Below are positions 1 through 8,719 of a DNA stretch of 64,000 nucleotides, piece by piece; position 1 is the first letter of the stretch, and each line of letters starts with the position of its first letter. The stretch spans positions 78,120 through 142,119 of the forward strand of contig CAZWLE010000001.1 of the NCBI GenBank assembly GCA_964634305.1, written 5' to 3'. The notes under the pieces are model-generated. The model saw nothing but the letters and a program-made list of their open reading frames with translations, searched no databases and had not been told where the DNA came from. The DNA is from an uncultured Candidatus Saccharibacteria bacterium. GTDB taxonomy: Bacteria > Patescibacteriota > Minisyncoccia > Phycocordibacterales > Phycocordibacteraceae. Position numbers and translations under genes: made by a program.

Positions 1-1510
1 TAGCCCCTTCATCATCGAAGCTGTGGGTGATTTCGTGACCAATGACCGCACCAATCGCCCCATAGTTAAGAGCTGCGTCTCCGTCAGGGTCAAAGAATGG
101 TGGCTGCAAAATAGCAGCAGGGAACGTGATGTCGTTTAGGTTTGGCGCATTAAACGCATTCACAATCTGTGGTGCGCAGTACCACTCACTACGATCTACC
201 TTCTTTGGAAGTTTTCGCATCTCCCGCTTATGCTCGAATGCTGCAGAGCGCATAAGGTTGCCAATGTAGTCATCAGGACGAATCACTAGTGAGGTGTAGC
301 TGCGCCACTTATCTGGATAGCCAATCTTCCGACCCATGGCATGCAGCTTCTGTAGTGCTTTCTTTTTGGTAGGCGCACTCATCCAATCAAGATTCTTAAT
401 ACGTACCTCGTATGCCTCAAAAAGGTCATCAACAAGCGCATTCATCTTGCGCTTTGCGTGTTCAGTAAAGTGTTTACGCACATAGATACGTCCAAGAGGC
501 TCCGCAAGCGTGCTGTTTACCGCATTTAATACCCGTCGCCAGCGCGGCTTCATCGCTTTTGCGCCGGTCAAGGTTGCGCCATAGAACTGCCAGGTCTGAC
601 GTTCAAACGCAGGAGTGAGCGCACCAGCATAGTCGCTCACGAGCTGCCACTCAAGATAGAGCTTCCAATCCTCAAGAGGAATAAGCGTAAGAAGCTCATC
701 GACGCCCCTTATGAACAATGGCTGCATCACAATGAATGACGTGGCTTTGGGTGCGCCAATCTTAGTCATGAAGCGTTTCCAATCGATACCGGACGCATGC
801 TTCTGGAGCTGCGTCATATTCATTTTGTTGTACGTCTTCTCAATTTCTCGACGAGACACTTTGTCCATTGAAACTCGCGCAAGTGCTGTTTCAAGTGCCA
901 TGATGCGCTCCTGCTCATCTTTAATTGTCTTCGTGGTTCTCCCCATAAGCTTCAACATGCCTGCTACATATGCTGCGTAGGCGTTGCGAACCCGTAGAGA
1001 TTCAGGGTCATCATTGAGGTAGTACTCACAATCGGGCATGCCAAGACCGTCCTGGAAGATATGCAATATGTAGCGCGTCGTATCTTTTGAATCCTGATCA
1101 ATACCGACGCCAAACGGTGCCGAGACTCCTATTCGGCTCAGTGTGGCAGTCATGTCCATCACTTCACCACGGTGCTTAAGAGCACGAATACGGGAGATGA
1201 GGGGGAGCAGCGGTTTCAATCCAAGCTGCGTGCGTCGCTCTATATTCAATCCTGAACGAGTAAAATCACGAATCATACGCTCTGGGGTGCCCGCTTTTGG
1301 CGCAGCACCATTCTCTAACTCATCAAGAATGGCTTTCAATTTCTTGTCGGTTTCGTAGCGAAGAATAAGGAAAGACCCCCAGCGCGACTCCGCTTTCGGT
1401 ATGGGGTTTTTGTCTTGCCAGCCACCGTTCGCGTAATGATAAAAATCATCTTGTGGTCGCACTCGTGTATCCATGCCTTCGGTATCAAATCCCCATCCGC
1501 GTTTCTTCAT
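1..1510 (-). CDS. M13 family zinc metallopeptidase (neprilysin/PepO-like), N-terminal ~500 aa; C-terminus lies beyond the left edge of the window
   Basis: My translation of the reverse complement is open from an ATG (complement of 1508-1510) to the window edge. It contains HEITH (HExxH) with ...NYGAIGAVIGHEITHSFDDEG at the far left. No stop is seen because the C-terminus is off-window. Confidence 0.8.
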   Translation of the reverse strand, partial: MKKRGWGFDTEGMDTRVRPQDDFYHYANGGWQDKNPIPKAESRWGSFLILRYETDKKLKAILDELENGAAPKAGTPERMIRDFTRSGLNIERRTQLGLKPLLPLISRIRALKHRGEVMDMTATLSRIGVSAPFGVGIDQDSKDTTRYILHIFQDGLGMPDCEYYLNDDPESLRVRNAYAAYVAGMLKLMGRTTKTIKDEQERIMALETALARVSMDKVSRREIEKTYNKMNMTQLQKHASGIDWKRFMTKIGAPKATSFIVMQPLFIRGVDELLTLIPLEDWKLYLEWQLVSDYAGALTPAFERQTWQFYGATLTGAKAMKPRWRRVLNAVNSTLAEPLGRIYVRKHFTEHAKRKMNALVDDLFEAYEVRIKNLDWMSAPTKKKALQKLHAMGRKIGYPDKWRSYTSLVIRPDDYIGNLMRSAAFEHKREMRKLPKKVDRSEWYCAPQIVNAFNAPNLNDITFPAAILQPPFFDPDGDAALNYGAIGAVIGHEITHSFDDEGA

Positions 1511-1858
1511 ATAAGGAGTATAACGGAAATTGACATTGTACGCAGACTCGTGTCATATACCTTCGGGGGGCACTACGGAGTTATTCGTATGGCCTTATTC
1601 ATTGAGGTTGAAGCCGTGAACGGCGACAAGTTTTGCTTCGTTGGTGAGACTTTGAGCACCATCGAAGAGCGCGCAAAAGCAACCGGTATCGATATCTATC
1701 GGAACCGCCAGCTCATCAGCGCACAAGACCTCGCCGAATATCACATCACGCTCAATCCACGCCTCGTTCCCTCCGAACAGGAGGTTGCGTGACGGCACCG
1801 CACCTTGCTGCCGGCGTTCCGCTTCACCGCGGACGCCGGTCAGTCTTTTCATACGCGA

Positions 1859-1889
1859 TTGACAAAATCATTATTTTTGGCATTATATT
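1859..1889 (+). promoter_or_regulatory. Sigma70-like promoter (TTGACA-N17-ATTATA / N19-TATATT) directing rightward transcription toward the alaS leader
   Basis: Perfect -35 TTGACA at 1859-1864 with an AT-rich -10 at proper spacing. Confidence 0.4.
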
Positions 1890-1958
1890 TTAGTCGAAGG
1901 ACCACTTAGACCTGAGAACCCGCTATTGTGCGGAACGGTCGAACGTGATTTGAGGACA

Positions 1959-2069
1959 ATGCAGATGTATTGGATCGTGTTTGTGACTCTGTGGCTTCTT
2001 TTCATCGCTGCGCTCCTCTCAAAGAGCAAGACGATGCAAAAGGTGGCTAGGACGCTCAAACACGACTAA
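1959..2069 (+). CDS. Small hydrophobic leader peptide (36 aa, MQMYWIVFVTLWLLFIAALLSKSKTMQKVARTLKHD)
   Basis: ATG preceded by GAGGA SD at proper spacing. The peptide has a single TM-like segment. It lies between the promoter and a terminator directly upstream of alaS, and is too short for the ORF track. Confidence 0.3.
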   Translation: MQMYWIVFVTLWLLFIAALLSKSKTMQKVARTLKHD

Positions 2070-2077
2070 CGCATCAC

Positions 2078-2117
2078 CCTGTCGCGGCGCGCATGCGTCG
2101 CGGCAGGACTTTTTTAT
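2078..2117 (+). terminator. Rho-independent terminator/attenuator hairpin upstream of alaS
   Basis: CCTGTCGCGGCGC-GCAT-GCGTCGCGGCAGG forms a 13-bp GC-rich stem (two G.U), followed by ACTTTTTTAT. It ends 25 nt before the alaS ATG. Confidence 0.55.
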
Positions 2118-2141
2118 GTCTCATATGCTATCGTCTTCCGC

Positions 2142-4061
2142 ATGACAGTATCAGAGGTACGTAAGCGATATCTTGCCTTTTTCGCAGCCCGCGGCCATGT
2201 CGTGATTCCTTCGGCACCGATTGTGCCGGGCAACGACCCAACGACCCTGTTCACATCGTCAGGCATGCAGCCACTCGTGCCCTACCTCCTTGGTAAGGAC
2301 CATCCGGAGGGTAATCGCATTGTGAACTCCCAGATGAGTTTCCGTGCGGGCGATATTGAGGAAGTGGGTGACAATCGCCACACGACCTTCTTTGAAATGC
2401 TTGGTAACTGGTCACTTGGTGACTATTTCAAGAAAGAGCAGCTTCCATGGGTGTTTGAATTTCTTACCTCTAAAGAAGAGGGGCTTGGTCTCGACCCAGA
2501 AAAACTCTACGTCACAGTCTTTGCGGGAGACGCAGAAGCGAATATGCCAGAAGATGTTGAGGCAGCTGGCATTTGGAAAGAATTGTTTGCAGCAAAAGGC
2601 ATCACTGCTGAGTACGCAAATATTGGTAGTGAAGCAGAGGGTTACCAGAAAGGAATGGAGGGTAACGAACGTATCTTTGCGTACGATGCGAAGAAGAACT
2701 GGTGGAGTCGTGCTGGTGTGCCATCGAAGATGCCAGCAGGTGAGCCAGGTGGTCCTGACTCCGAGGTGTTTTATGACTTTGGTCTTCCGCACGACCCAAC
2801 GTGGGGACCAGAGTGCCACCCGAACTGTGACTGTGGTCGCTTTGTTGAGATAGGGAACTCGGTGTTCATGCAGTTTGTAAAGAATGAGGACGGTTCATTC
2901 TCAAATCTTCCTAAACAGAACGTGGACTTTGGTGGTGGTCTTGAGCGTCTTGCCTTTGCCACGATTGGTACGCCAGACGCCTTCCTTATAGATGTCTTCG
3001 ATGCACCACGTACCGTACTTGAGTCTCGTACCGGGAAGAAGTATGGAGAAGACGAAAGAGTCACTCGTTCGATGCGTATCGTGCTTGATCACATGCGCGC
3101 CGCTTCCTTTATGCTTGCCGAAGGCGTTCATCCGTCGAACACCGAAGCGGGCTATGTGCTTCGCCGCCTTATTCGTCGTGCTATTCGCGAAACAGACCGC
3201 CTTGGTGTCCACGACGCCATTCTTCCAGACGTCGCAGAAGGATACGCCGCGGTATACGCTGACCACTACCCACATCTTCAGGAAAATGCAGGAAAGATTC
3301 GTGACGAGCTCGCTAAAGAAGAGGAGCGGTTCCGTAAGACGCTCTCACAAGGTCTTAAGGAGTTTGAAAAGCTCGCAGAAAAGCGTGATGTGTCTGCAGA
3401 AGATGCCTTTGTACTCTTCACCACCTATGGCTTCCCATTTGAGTTGACCGAAGAGCTCGCTAAAGAGCGTGGCATCGCTATCGATACCGATGCGTTCGCT
3501 GCGAAAATGAAAGAGCACCAAGACACCTCACGCGCAGGTGGCGCACAGCGCTTTGCTGGTGGTCTTGCTGACCACGCAGAACAAACCGTGCGCTATCACA
3601 CTACGCACCACATCCTTCTCGCAGCGCTACAGAAGGTACTTGGTACGGAGGTAAAGCAGCGGGGAAGCAACATCACCTCAGAGCGTTTGCGTATCGACTT
3701 CGCCCATGGCGCGAAGATGACCGACGAAGAGAAAAAACAAGTCGAAGACATTGTTAACGATGTCATCTATCAAGACCTCCCGATGACTCGTTCAGTTATG
3801 CCGCGCGAAGAAGCAGAGAAACTTGGTGCTCAAATGGAGTTTGGCGTTAAGTATCCGGATATGGTGTCCGTGTATTCCCTTGGTCCCCTCGGCGCAACGG
3901 AAGCAGATCCTAAAATTGCTGAAGCGTTCTCACTTGAATTCTGTGGTGGGCCACACGTCACCAATACATCAGAGATTCACGAAGGCGGAAAGAAATTTAA
4001 GATTCTGAAAGAAGAAGCGGTTGCTGCAGGAGTACGCCGCATAAAAGCAGTAATGGCCTAA
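2142..4061 (+). CDS. alaS: Alanyl-tRNA synthetase, short form (639 aa): catalytic + tRNA-recognition + editing domains, no C-Ala domain
   Basis: The translation carries class II AlaRS motifs (FTSSGMQP, WGPECHPNCDCGRFVEIGNSVFMQF). It also has the editing-domain HxxxH (HTTHHIL) and CGGPH motifs. It ends shortly after the editing domain. Confidence 0.9.
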   Translation: MTVSEVRKRYLAFFAARGHVVIPSAPIVPGNDPTTLFTSSGMQPLVPYLLGKDHPEGNRIVNSQMSFRAGDIEEVGDNRHTTFFEMLGNWSLGDYFKKEQLPWVFEFLTSKEEGLGLDPEKLYVTVFAGDAEANMPEDVEAAGIWKELFAAKGITAEYANIGSEAEGYQKGMEGNERIFAYDAKKNWWSRAGVPSKMPAGEPGGPDSEVFYDFGLPHDPTWGPECHPNCDCGRFVEIGNSVFMQFVKNEDGSFSNLPKQNVDFGGGLERLAFATIGTPDAFLIDVFDAPRTVLESRTGKKYGEDERVTRSMRIVLDHMRAASFMLAEGVHPSNTEAGYVLRRLIRRAIRETDRLGVHDAILPDVAEGYAAVYADHYPHLQENAGKIRDELAKEEERFRKTLSQGLKEFEKLAEKRDVSAEDAFVLFTTYGFPFELTEELAKERGIAIDTDAFAAKMKEHQDTSRAGGAQRFAGGLADHAEQTVRYHTTHHILLAALQKVLGTEVKQRGSNITSERLRIDFAHGAKMTDEEKKQVEDIVNDVIYQDLPMTRSVMPREEAEKLGAQMEFGVKYPDMVSVYSLGPLGATEADPKIAEAFSLEFCGGPHVTNTSEIHEGGKKFKILKEEAVAAGVRRIKAVMA

Positions 4062-4063
4062 AG

Positions 4064-4093
4064 AATGAGGGCCCCGTTGCCGGGGCCCTCATG
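4064..4093. terminator. GC-rich hairpin between convergent alaS and the minus-strand gene (bidirectional terminator candidate)
   Basis: ATGAGGGCCCCG-TTGC-CGGGGCCCTCAT forms a perfect 12-bp stem. No clear U-tract follows. Confidence 0.4.
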
Positions 4094-4120
4094 GCCGTTC
4101 GATGCCGTAGACTGGACGTG

Positions 4121-4699
4121 CTAGTCGGCTGCAGGAGCAAGGACGATGACCGACCCGCTCAAGTCATTCGGGTTGCGCTTATCGTCGATATGCACGAGCT
4201 CATCGTCTTCGAGAAGACGTTCGCCCTGAAGGAGCTTCACGCCACCAAGGTCGAGCAATGCGCCGAACGTAAGCTCACGATTGAGACCCACCACGGCAAG
4301 CGTTTGGTCGCCGCGCTTAAACGTGACCGTCGTGTTCGCGTAGGTGTAGAGGCGGATGCTGCTCGACTCTGACGTACCGGTGTTCCCGGTATCATCACTC
4401 ACGAGCGTCATGACGTAGAGGTTCCCCGCATCGCCATCGCCGCCCTTCTTCAGATAACGCGAAAGTGCCTTGTCGAAAAGAAGCGCGACCGTTTCGGACG
4501 TAATATTGTCCAACGTGACGTTCTTGAGCACAGCGGCCGCTTGTACGACCTCTGGGTTGTCGAGAATCATCGCGAGATTGAGGTTGTGGCTCGTCCCGCC
4601 GCCGTCTTTGTAGTCGTCGATTGCTTTCTGAATAACATCCATGACATCCGTGCTCTCAAGGAGAAAAGAAATGTCGTGGGTGTTGATGTGCATGGCCAT
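4121..4699 (-). CDS. Hypothetical protein (192 aa, MAMHINTHDISFLLESTDVMDV...)
   Basis: This is a minus-strand ORF. Its start is trimmed to an internal Met so it does not overlap the divergent + gene. The upstream part of the 270-aa track ORF would overlap the 4848 gene. No recognisable domain. Confidence 0.45.
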   Translation of the reverse strand: MAMHINTHDISFLLESTDVMDVIQKAIDDYKDGGGTSHNLNLAMILDNPEVVQAAAVLKNVTLDNITSETVALLFDKALSRYLKKGGDGDAGNLYVMTLVSDDTGNTGTSESSSIRLYTYANTTVTFKRGDQTLAVVGLNRELTFGALLDLGGVKLLQGERLLEDDELVHIDDKRNPNDLSGSVIVLAPAAD

Positions 4700-4794
4700 A
4701 AGTTCTATCTCCAATAACCTGCCCGCCCCGGTGGGGATGAACAGGTGTCTGGAGACGCGATTAACGACCGGTCTGAAAATTACATTTTTTTTAC

Positions 4795-4826
4795 ATTTCG
4801 TCAAAATATGCGCTTTTTTGACGAAA
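4795..4826. promoter_or_regulatory. Perfect 11-bp inverted repeat (ATTTCGTCAAAA-N9-TTTTGACGAAA) in the divergent intergenic region; candidate operator
   Basis: Seen directly. The arms contain TTGACG halves. Flanking direct repeats TTACATTT x2 sit at 4780-4799. It lies between the divergently transcribed genes 4121..4699(-) and 4848..5975(+). Confidence 0.45.
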
Positions 4827-4847
4827 GAGTGCGTTACTATGTAGTCA

Positions 4848-5975
4848 ATGGGATTGTTTGGTGGCACTAACGCACGCTCAGTCGTGCTAATAGATGTAAG
4901 TTCTTCATCCGTACGTGCGGCGTATGCGCGCATTACGCCAAAAGCACCAGTCGCCCTTTACTACGCGATACGCGTACCTATGGAAACTGGTTCAGACACC
5001 AGCGTGTCGTCAACCGACATGCTGCGTACCCTCGATTCAGCACTCCGTGCGCTTCGCCAGGATGGTGCGCCGATACTCCATCGTCGTACGGGAAGCGGAA
5101 GTGTTGCTGCCGCCTTTGTGTCTCTTGGTGGTCCATGGCAGGACGCGTCTATACGAATAGAGACAGTAGGGGATGGTAAACCATTTACGTTTACGGCTGA
5201 CCTCCTTGAAAAGGCCAAAAAGAAGGGTGAGGTACCAAGCGGTCGTATCCGTTCAGAAGACACGATAGTAGCGACGGTATTAAATGGGTATGAGACTAAA
5301 GAACCGGTAGGAAAGAGAGCAAAAGGTGCAGAAATAATCATCCTTTCTGCGTCTATTGAAGCAGAGGTGGCTGAACTGATGCGCAAAACAATAGGTAGCT
5401 TCACGGCACACCGTGACGCACGCTTTTCTACCTTCGCTTCGCTTATTTACGAGTCAGTAGGCGCACTCTTCCCGCACGAAAAGGATTACTTAGGCCTTCG
5501 CGTGTCTGGAGAAGTGAGCGAATTGCTGTTTGTGAAGCACGGCACACCGCTTGCTTCTATTTCCATACCATCTGGTCTTAATGAATTTGTTCGTGCCGCT
5601 AAAGAAAGTGGTGTGAGTGCGTTCCCTGGGACGTCTGAAGTTGATTACACGACGCCCGGACTGTCTGAGCGCATGACGGCTGCACAAAAGAAGTGGACCG
5701 ATGCGATGATCGCATCACTCCAAGCGTTTACCGCAACCCACGCACTCCCGCGTTCACTCTTTTTGGTGACTGATCCTGAAGCACGCGCCTTCATGCATAA
5801 AGCAATAGACGTGCCGGACATTCATGCGCTCTGGCTTTCCGATGAACCACTCTCGGTTATCACCCTTGACCCATCTCATTTTGCAAAAGCCGTTGGTGGA
5901 GAAGCAGGTACGACGGAAGAAGTGCCGTTGAATATGCTTGCGCTTCTGGCACGCGAGCGTTTGGGAAAGAAATAG
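4848..5975 (+). CDS. Actin-like ATPase fold protein (PilM/FtsA-like), putative
   Basis: The N-terminal VVLIDVSSSSVRAAY resembles the PilM/FtsA phosphate-1 motif (GIDIGSSSIK). It is ~375 aa and is followed by a gene for a single-pass membrane protein. The assignment is tentative. Confidence 0.4.
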   Translation: MGLFGGTNARSVVLIDVSSSSVRAAYARITPKAPVALYYAIRVPMETGSDTSVSSTDMLRTLDSALRALRQDGAPILHRRTGSGSVAAAFVSLGGPWQDASIRIETVGDGKPFTFTADLLEKAKKKGEVPSGRIRSEDTIVATVLNGYETKEPVGKRAKGAEIIILSASIEAEVAELMRKTIGSFTAHRDARFSTFASLIYESVGALFPHEKDYLGLRVSGEVSELLFVKHGTPLASISIPSGLNEFVRAAKESGVSAFPGTSEVDYTTPGLSERMTAAQKKWTDAMIASLQAFTATHALPRSLFLVTDPEARAFMHKAIDVPDIHALWLSDEPLSVITLDPSHFAKAVGGEAGTTEEVPLNMLALLARERLGKK

Positions 5976-6057
5976 GTATCCCCGTCCCATAGTTTGCGAG
6001 GCTCCCCAAGCGGGCTACCATATCCTCATTACGGGCCTTAGTTATTCTTACGCGTAT

Positions 6058-7368
6058 ATGCCGAAAACCATTACCGACATCATCCCGCCGTCGCGTCGCA
6101 AAGCGCTGGAAGGGGAAGGAGGCGAATCAATCGCACCTCCACCGATGCCGTCCATGGATTCGTTTACAACGCCTACCACACCTCCCCCAGTACCACCGCA
6201 ACCACCGGTGCGTCCTATCCCTACCATGAGCATGGACCGTCCTTCAAAAAAGTTCCCTTGGAAACTTCTTATCGCCGCGGTTGTAGTCGTGGTGGTATCT
6301 ATTGGCGCGATGTATGCCTTCTCTGGTGCAAAAGTAACCGTTACGCCAGTCACTAATGCTATTTCAGTCACCGGTGACTTCTCTGCAACACCCTCATCAG
6401 GCGAACTACCCTTTGAGGTCATTACCGTTGAGAAAATAGGTATTCAGTCGGTACCATCAGAAGGCACCGAGACCGCAAACGACCCAGCACAGGGAACCAT
6501 TACCATCTACAACACCCAGGACAAGGTGCAGGAGCTCATTAAGAACACGCGCTTTGAGACTCCTGACGGCCTCATCTTCCGTATTCACGAGTCGATTCGC
6601 GTTCCTGCAGGCTCTACCGAGACACCGGGTACCCTCACGGCAACTGCGTACGCAGACGTTGGTGGCGAGAAGTACAACATTGGCCCAACCACGTTCACCC
6701 TCCCAGGGTTAAAGGGCTCACCAATCGCAAGTCAGGTCTACGCTAAGTCAGAAACGAATATGTCAGGTGGCTTCTCAGGTACTCGTCCATCAGTATCTCA
6801 AGCAACGAAGGACGCACAGTCCCCAAAGATTCGTGAGAGTCTCAGCAATGAACTTGCATCAGCGATTGCCGGCAGCATCCCTGAAGGCTACGTGCTTGTG
6901 CCAGGTTCTATCGCTACCTCATTTGCGCAGATGCCCGCTACCGCAGGTGACGACAACAAGTCGGTAGATGTACAGGAAAAGGGAACCGCAACCGCCATCA
7001 TCTTCCCGAACGAAGCACTCGCCAAAGCGATTGCGTACCGCACGATTGGTACCTACGCCGGTCAGGCAGCAACGGTCGATACCACCGCAAACCTCTCACT
7101 TGCGCCTAAGGACGGCAGCGTCATTGGTGCTAGCAGCGAGACCTTTGCCTTCACCTTGAGTGGCAACACGACCGTCATCTGGACCGTCGACCCAGCCAAA
7201 ATTGCAGGGTCCGTCGCAGGTAAAAGCCGCCAGGCAGCTCAGACGATTCTCGCTGGCTTCCCAGAGGTAGAGAAGGCAGTTCTGTCCCTCAAGCCGTTCT
7301 GGGCAGGCTCCATGCCAGAAGACCCTGAGGAGATTACGGTGGTCGTTGAGGCCGCCCAGGGCAAGTAA
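6058..7368 (+). CDS. Membrane-anchored protein with Pro-rich cytoplasmic N-terminus, one TM (LLIAAVVVVVVSIGAMYAF) and a large Thr/Ser/Gly-rich extracytoplasmic domain
   Basis: The ORF is trimmed to Met41 of the track ORF, the first Met after the upstream stop region. The N-terminus has a PPPVPPQPPVRP stretch. No known catalytic motifs. Confidence 0.5.
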   Translation: MPKTITDIIPPSRRKALEGEGGESIAPPPMPSMDSFTTPTTPPPVPPQPPVRPIPTMSMDRPSKKFPWKLLIAAVVVVVVSIGAMYAFSGAKVTVTPVTNAISVTGDFSATPSSGELPFEVITVEKIGIQSVPSEGTETANDPAQGTITIYNTQDKVQELIKNTRFETPDGLIFRIHESIRVPAGSTETPGTLTATAYADVGGEKYNIGPTTFTLPGLKGSPIASQVYAKSETNMSGGFSGTRPSVSQATKDAQSPKIRESLSNELASAIAGSIPEGYVLVPGSIATSFAQMPATAGDDNKSVDVQEKGTATAIIFPNEALAKAIAYRTIGTYAGQAATVDTTANLSLAPKDGSVIGASSETFAFTLSGNTTVIWTVDPAKIAGSVAGKSRQAAQTILAGFPEVEKAVLSLKPFWAGSMPEDPEEITVVVEAAQGK

Positions 7369-7382
7369 TCCGAGGTCCTTGT

Positions 7383-7411
7383 TTGACGCTCTAGGGCCTA
7401 TCTGTTACATT
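7383..7411 (+). promoter_or_regulatory. Sigma70-like promoter for the infA-rpmJ-rpsM... operon (TTGACG-N17-TACATT)
   Basis: Hexamers and spacing read directly; they lie 14 nt upstream of the infA ATG. Confidence 0.35.
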
Positions 7412-7424
7412 ATTCCGGCAGCAC

Positions 7425-7643
7425 ATGGATGAAGAGAGAGCGCAAGGAACGGCAACCGGCACCGTAGAGGAGGTGTTGCCGAATTCCCTGTTCCGGGTCC
7501 GTATGGAATCTGGAGATTTATTGCTCGCGTATCTTGCAGGCAAGATGCGTTTGCACCGAATCCGCGTCCTGGTAGGTGACTCGGTGGACCTTGTCCTCGA
7601 CCCCTACGGCGGACGCGCTCGCATCGTGAGGCGGCTCAGCTAA
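7425..7643 (+). CDS. infA: Translation initiation factor IF-1
   Basis: 72 aa with an S1-like fold. Motifs [31 protein letters not shown]...[23 protein letters not shown] match the IF-1 family. Confidence 0.85.
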   Translation: MDEERAQGTATGTVEEVLPNSLFRVRMESGDLLLAYLAGKMRLHRIRVLVGDSVDLVLDPYGGRARIVRRLS

Positions 7644-7648
7644 TATTT

Positions 7649-7765
7649 ATGAAAGTACGCGCATCTATCAAAAAGCAGCAGCCGGGGGACCAAATTGTCC
7701 GCCGGAAAGGACGCTTGTACCGCATAAATAAGTTGAAGCCACGCCGTAAGGCGCGCCAGGGCTAG
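7649..7765 (+). CDS. rpmJ: Ribosomal protein L36, Cys-free (zinc-independent 'C-') form (38 aa, [38 protein letters not shown])
   Basis: It is absent from the track (<60 aa) and was read manually. It has MKVRAS...KRQG termini and sits between infA and rpsM. The usual CxxC...CxxxxH ligands are all replaced. Confidence 0.75.
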   Translation: MKVRASIKKQQPGDQIVRRKGRLYRINKLKPRRKARQG

Positions 7766-7865
7766 ATAGGTAACGAGTGCAGGGGCATTTGCAGCCTGCG
7801 CTCTTAATTCCGGGCAACCGGGAGGATATTTCAGAACTCACTTAACAAATCAGATTACCCACAGC

Positions 7866-8246
7866 ATGCGTATCGCAGGCGTCACCATTCCGGATAACAA
7901 GCAGCTCGTCTACTCACTCCCGCTCATCTACGGGATTGGTCCTACGCGTGCCCGCGATATTCTTCGCGAAGCAAAGGTAGAGACCACTCGTAAGGGCAGC
8001 GACCTCAACACTGATGAGGAGCAGCGCGTACGCTCACTCGCTGAGGCATACCTCATCGAAGGTGAGCTTCGTCGCGAAATCGCACAGAACGTTAAGCGTC
8101 TTAAGGATATTGGCGCAGCGCGCGGTACTCGCCACGCAAAGCGTCTTCCAGTAAAGGGTCAGCGCACCAAGACTAATTCCCGCACGGTCCGCGGTAACAC
8201 GCGTAAGACCATGGGTTCTGGTCGCCGCACGCTCGAGAAGACATAA
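7866..8246 (+). CDS. rpsM: 30S ribosomal protein S13
   Basis: MRIAGVTIPDNKQLVYSLPLIYGIG... with a Lys/Arg-rich C-terminal tail. Confidence 0.9.
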   Translation: MRIAGVTIPDNKQLVYSLPLIYGIGPTRARDILREAKVETTRKGSDLNTDEEQRVRSLAEAYLIEGELRREIAQNVKRLKDIGAARGTRHAKRLPVKGQRTKTNSRTVRGNTRKTMGSGRRTLEKT

Positions 8247-8270
8247 TCCCTGCTTTTTATCTAACTACCT

Positions 8271-8705
8271 ATGGGAAAGAAACGAATCATCAAGAAGAGC
8301 GGTCGTGGCCTCGATGCAGGTCGCAAGGAGCGCGCACTCGCAAAGTCGGCAAAGCGTCGCCTCGAGAAGGGTGTGCTTCATGTCGAAGCTACCTTCAACA
8401 ACACGAAGGCAGTGCTTACCGACGAAAAGGGCAATGCGGTTATGGCGTCATCAGCTGGCGCACTCGGCTTCTCCGGCGCTCGCAAGTCCACCCCGTACGC
8501 AGCCGCTAAGGTGGGTGAATTGCTTGGCGAAAAGGCCATTACGATTGGTCTTAAGGAAGCATCCGTCATCATCCGTGGTATCGGTGCTGGTCGTGAGTCT
8601 GCACTCCGCGCATTTGCCGGAAAGGGTATCGCTATCCGCGCTATCAAGGACATGACCCCGGTGCCTCACAACGGTCCTCGTGCGCCTAAGCCTCGTCGCG
8701 TCTAG
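8271..8705 (+). CDS. rpsK: 30S ribosomal protein S11
   Basis: HVEATFNNTKAVLTDEKGNAVMASSAGALGFSGARKSTPYAAA... is the S11 signature. Confidence 0.9.
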   Translation: MGKKRIIKKSGRGLDAGRKERALAKSAKRRLEKGVLHVEATFNNTKAVLTDEKGNAVMASSAGALGFSGARKSTPYAAAKVGELLGEKAITIGLKEASVIIRGIGAGRESALRAFAGKGIAIRAIKDMTPVPHNGPRAPKPRRV

Positions 8706-8719
8706 TCTCTTCTCTCACT

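Noticed and set aside
1415-1852. Overlapping ORFs 1415..1792(+) (C-terminal 67 aa has an SD and gene-like codon bias) and 1595..1852(-) (85 aa, would be upstream of the M13 peptidase gene)
   Set aside because: They fully overlap on opposite strands and both look moderately protein-like. Neither has a recognisable motif. I cannot decide between them from sequence alone, so neither is reported as a feature.
2344-3447. Track ORFs inside or antisense to alaS (2344..2853+, 2412..2819-, 2771..3064-, 2901..3275-, 2992..3447+)
   Set aside because: Shadow ORFs within a confidently assigned aaRS gene, with no independent signals.
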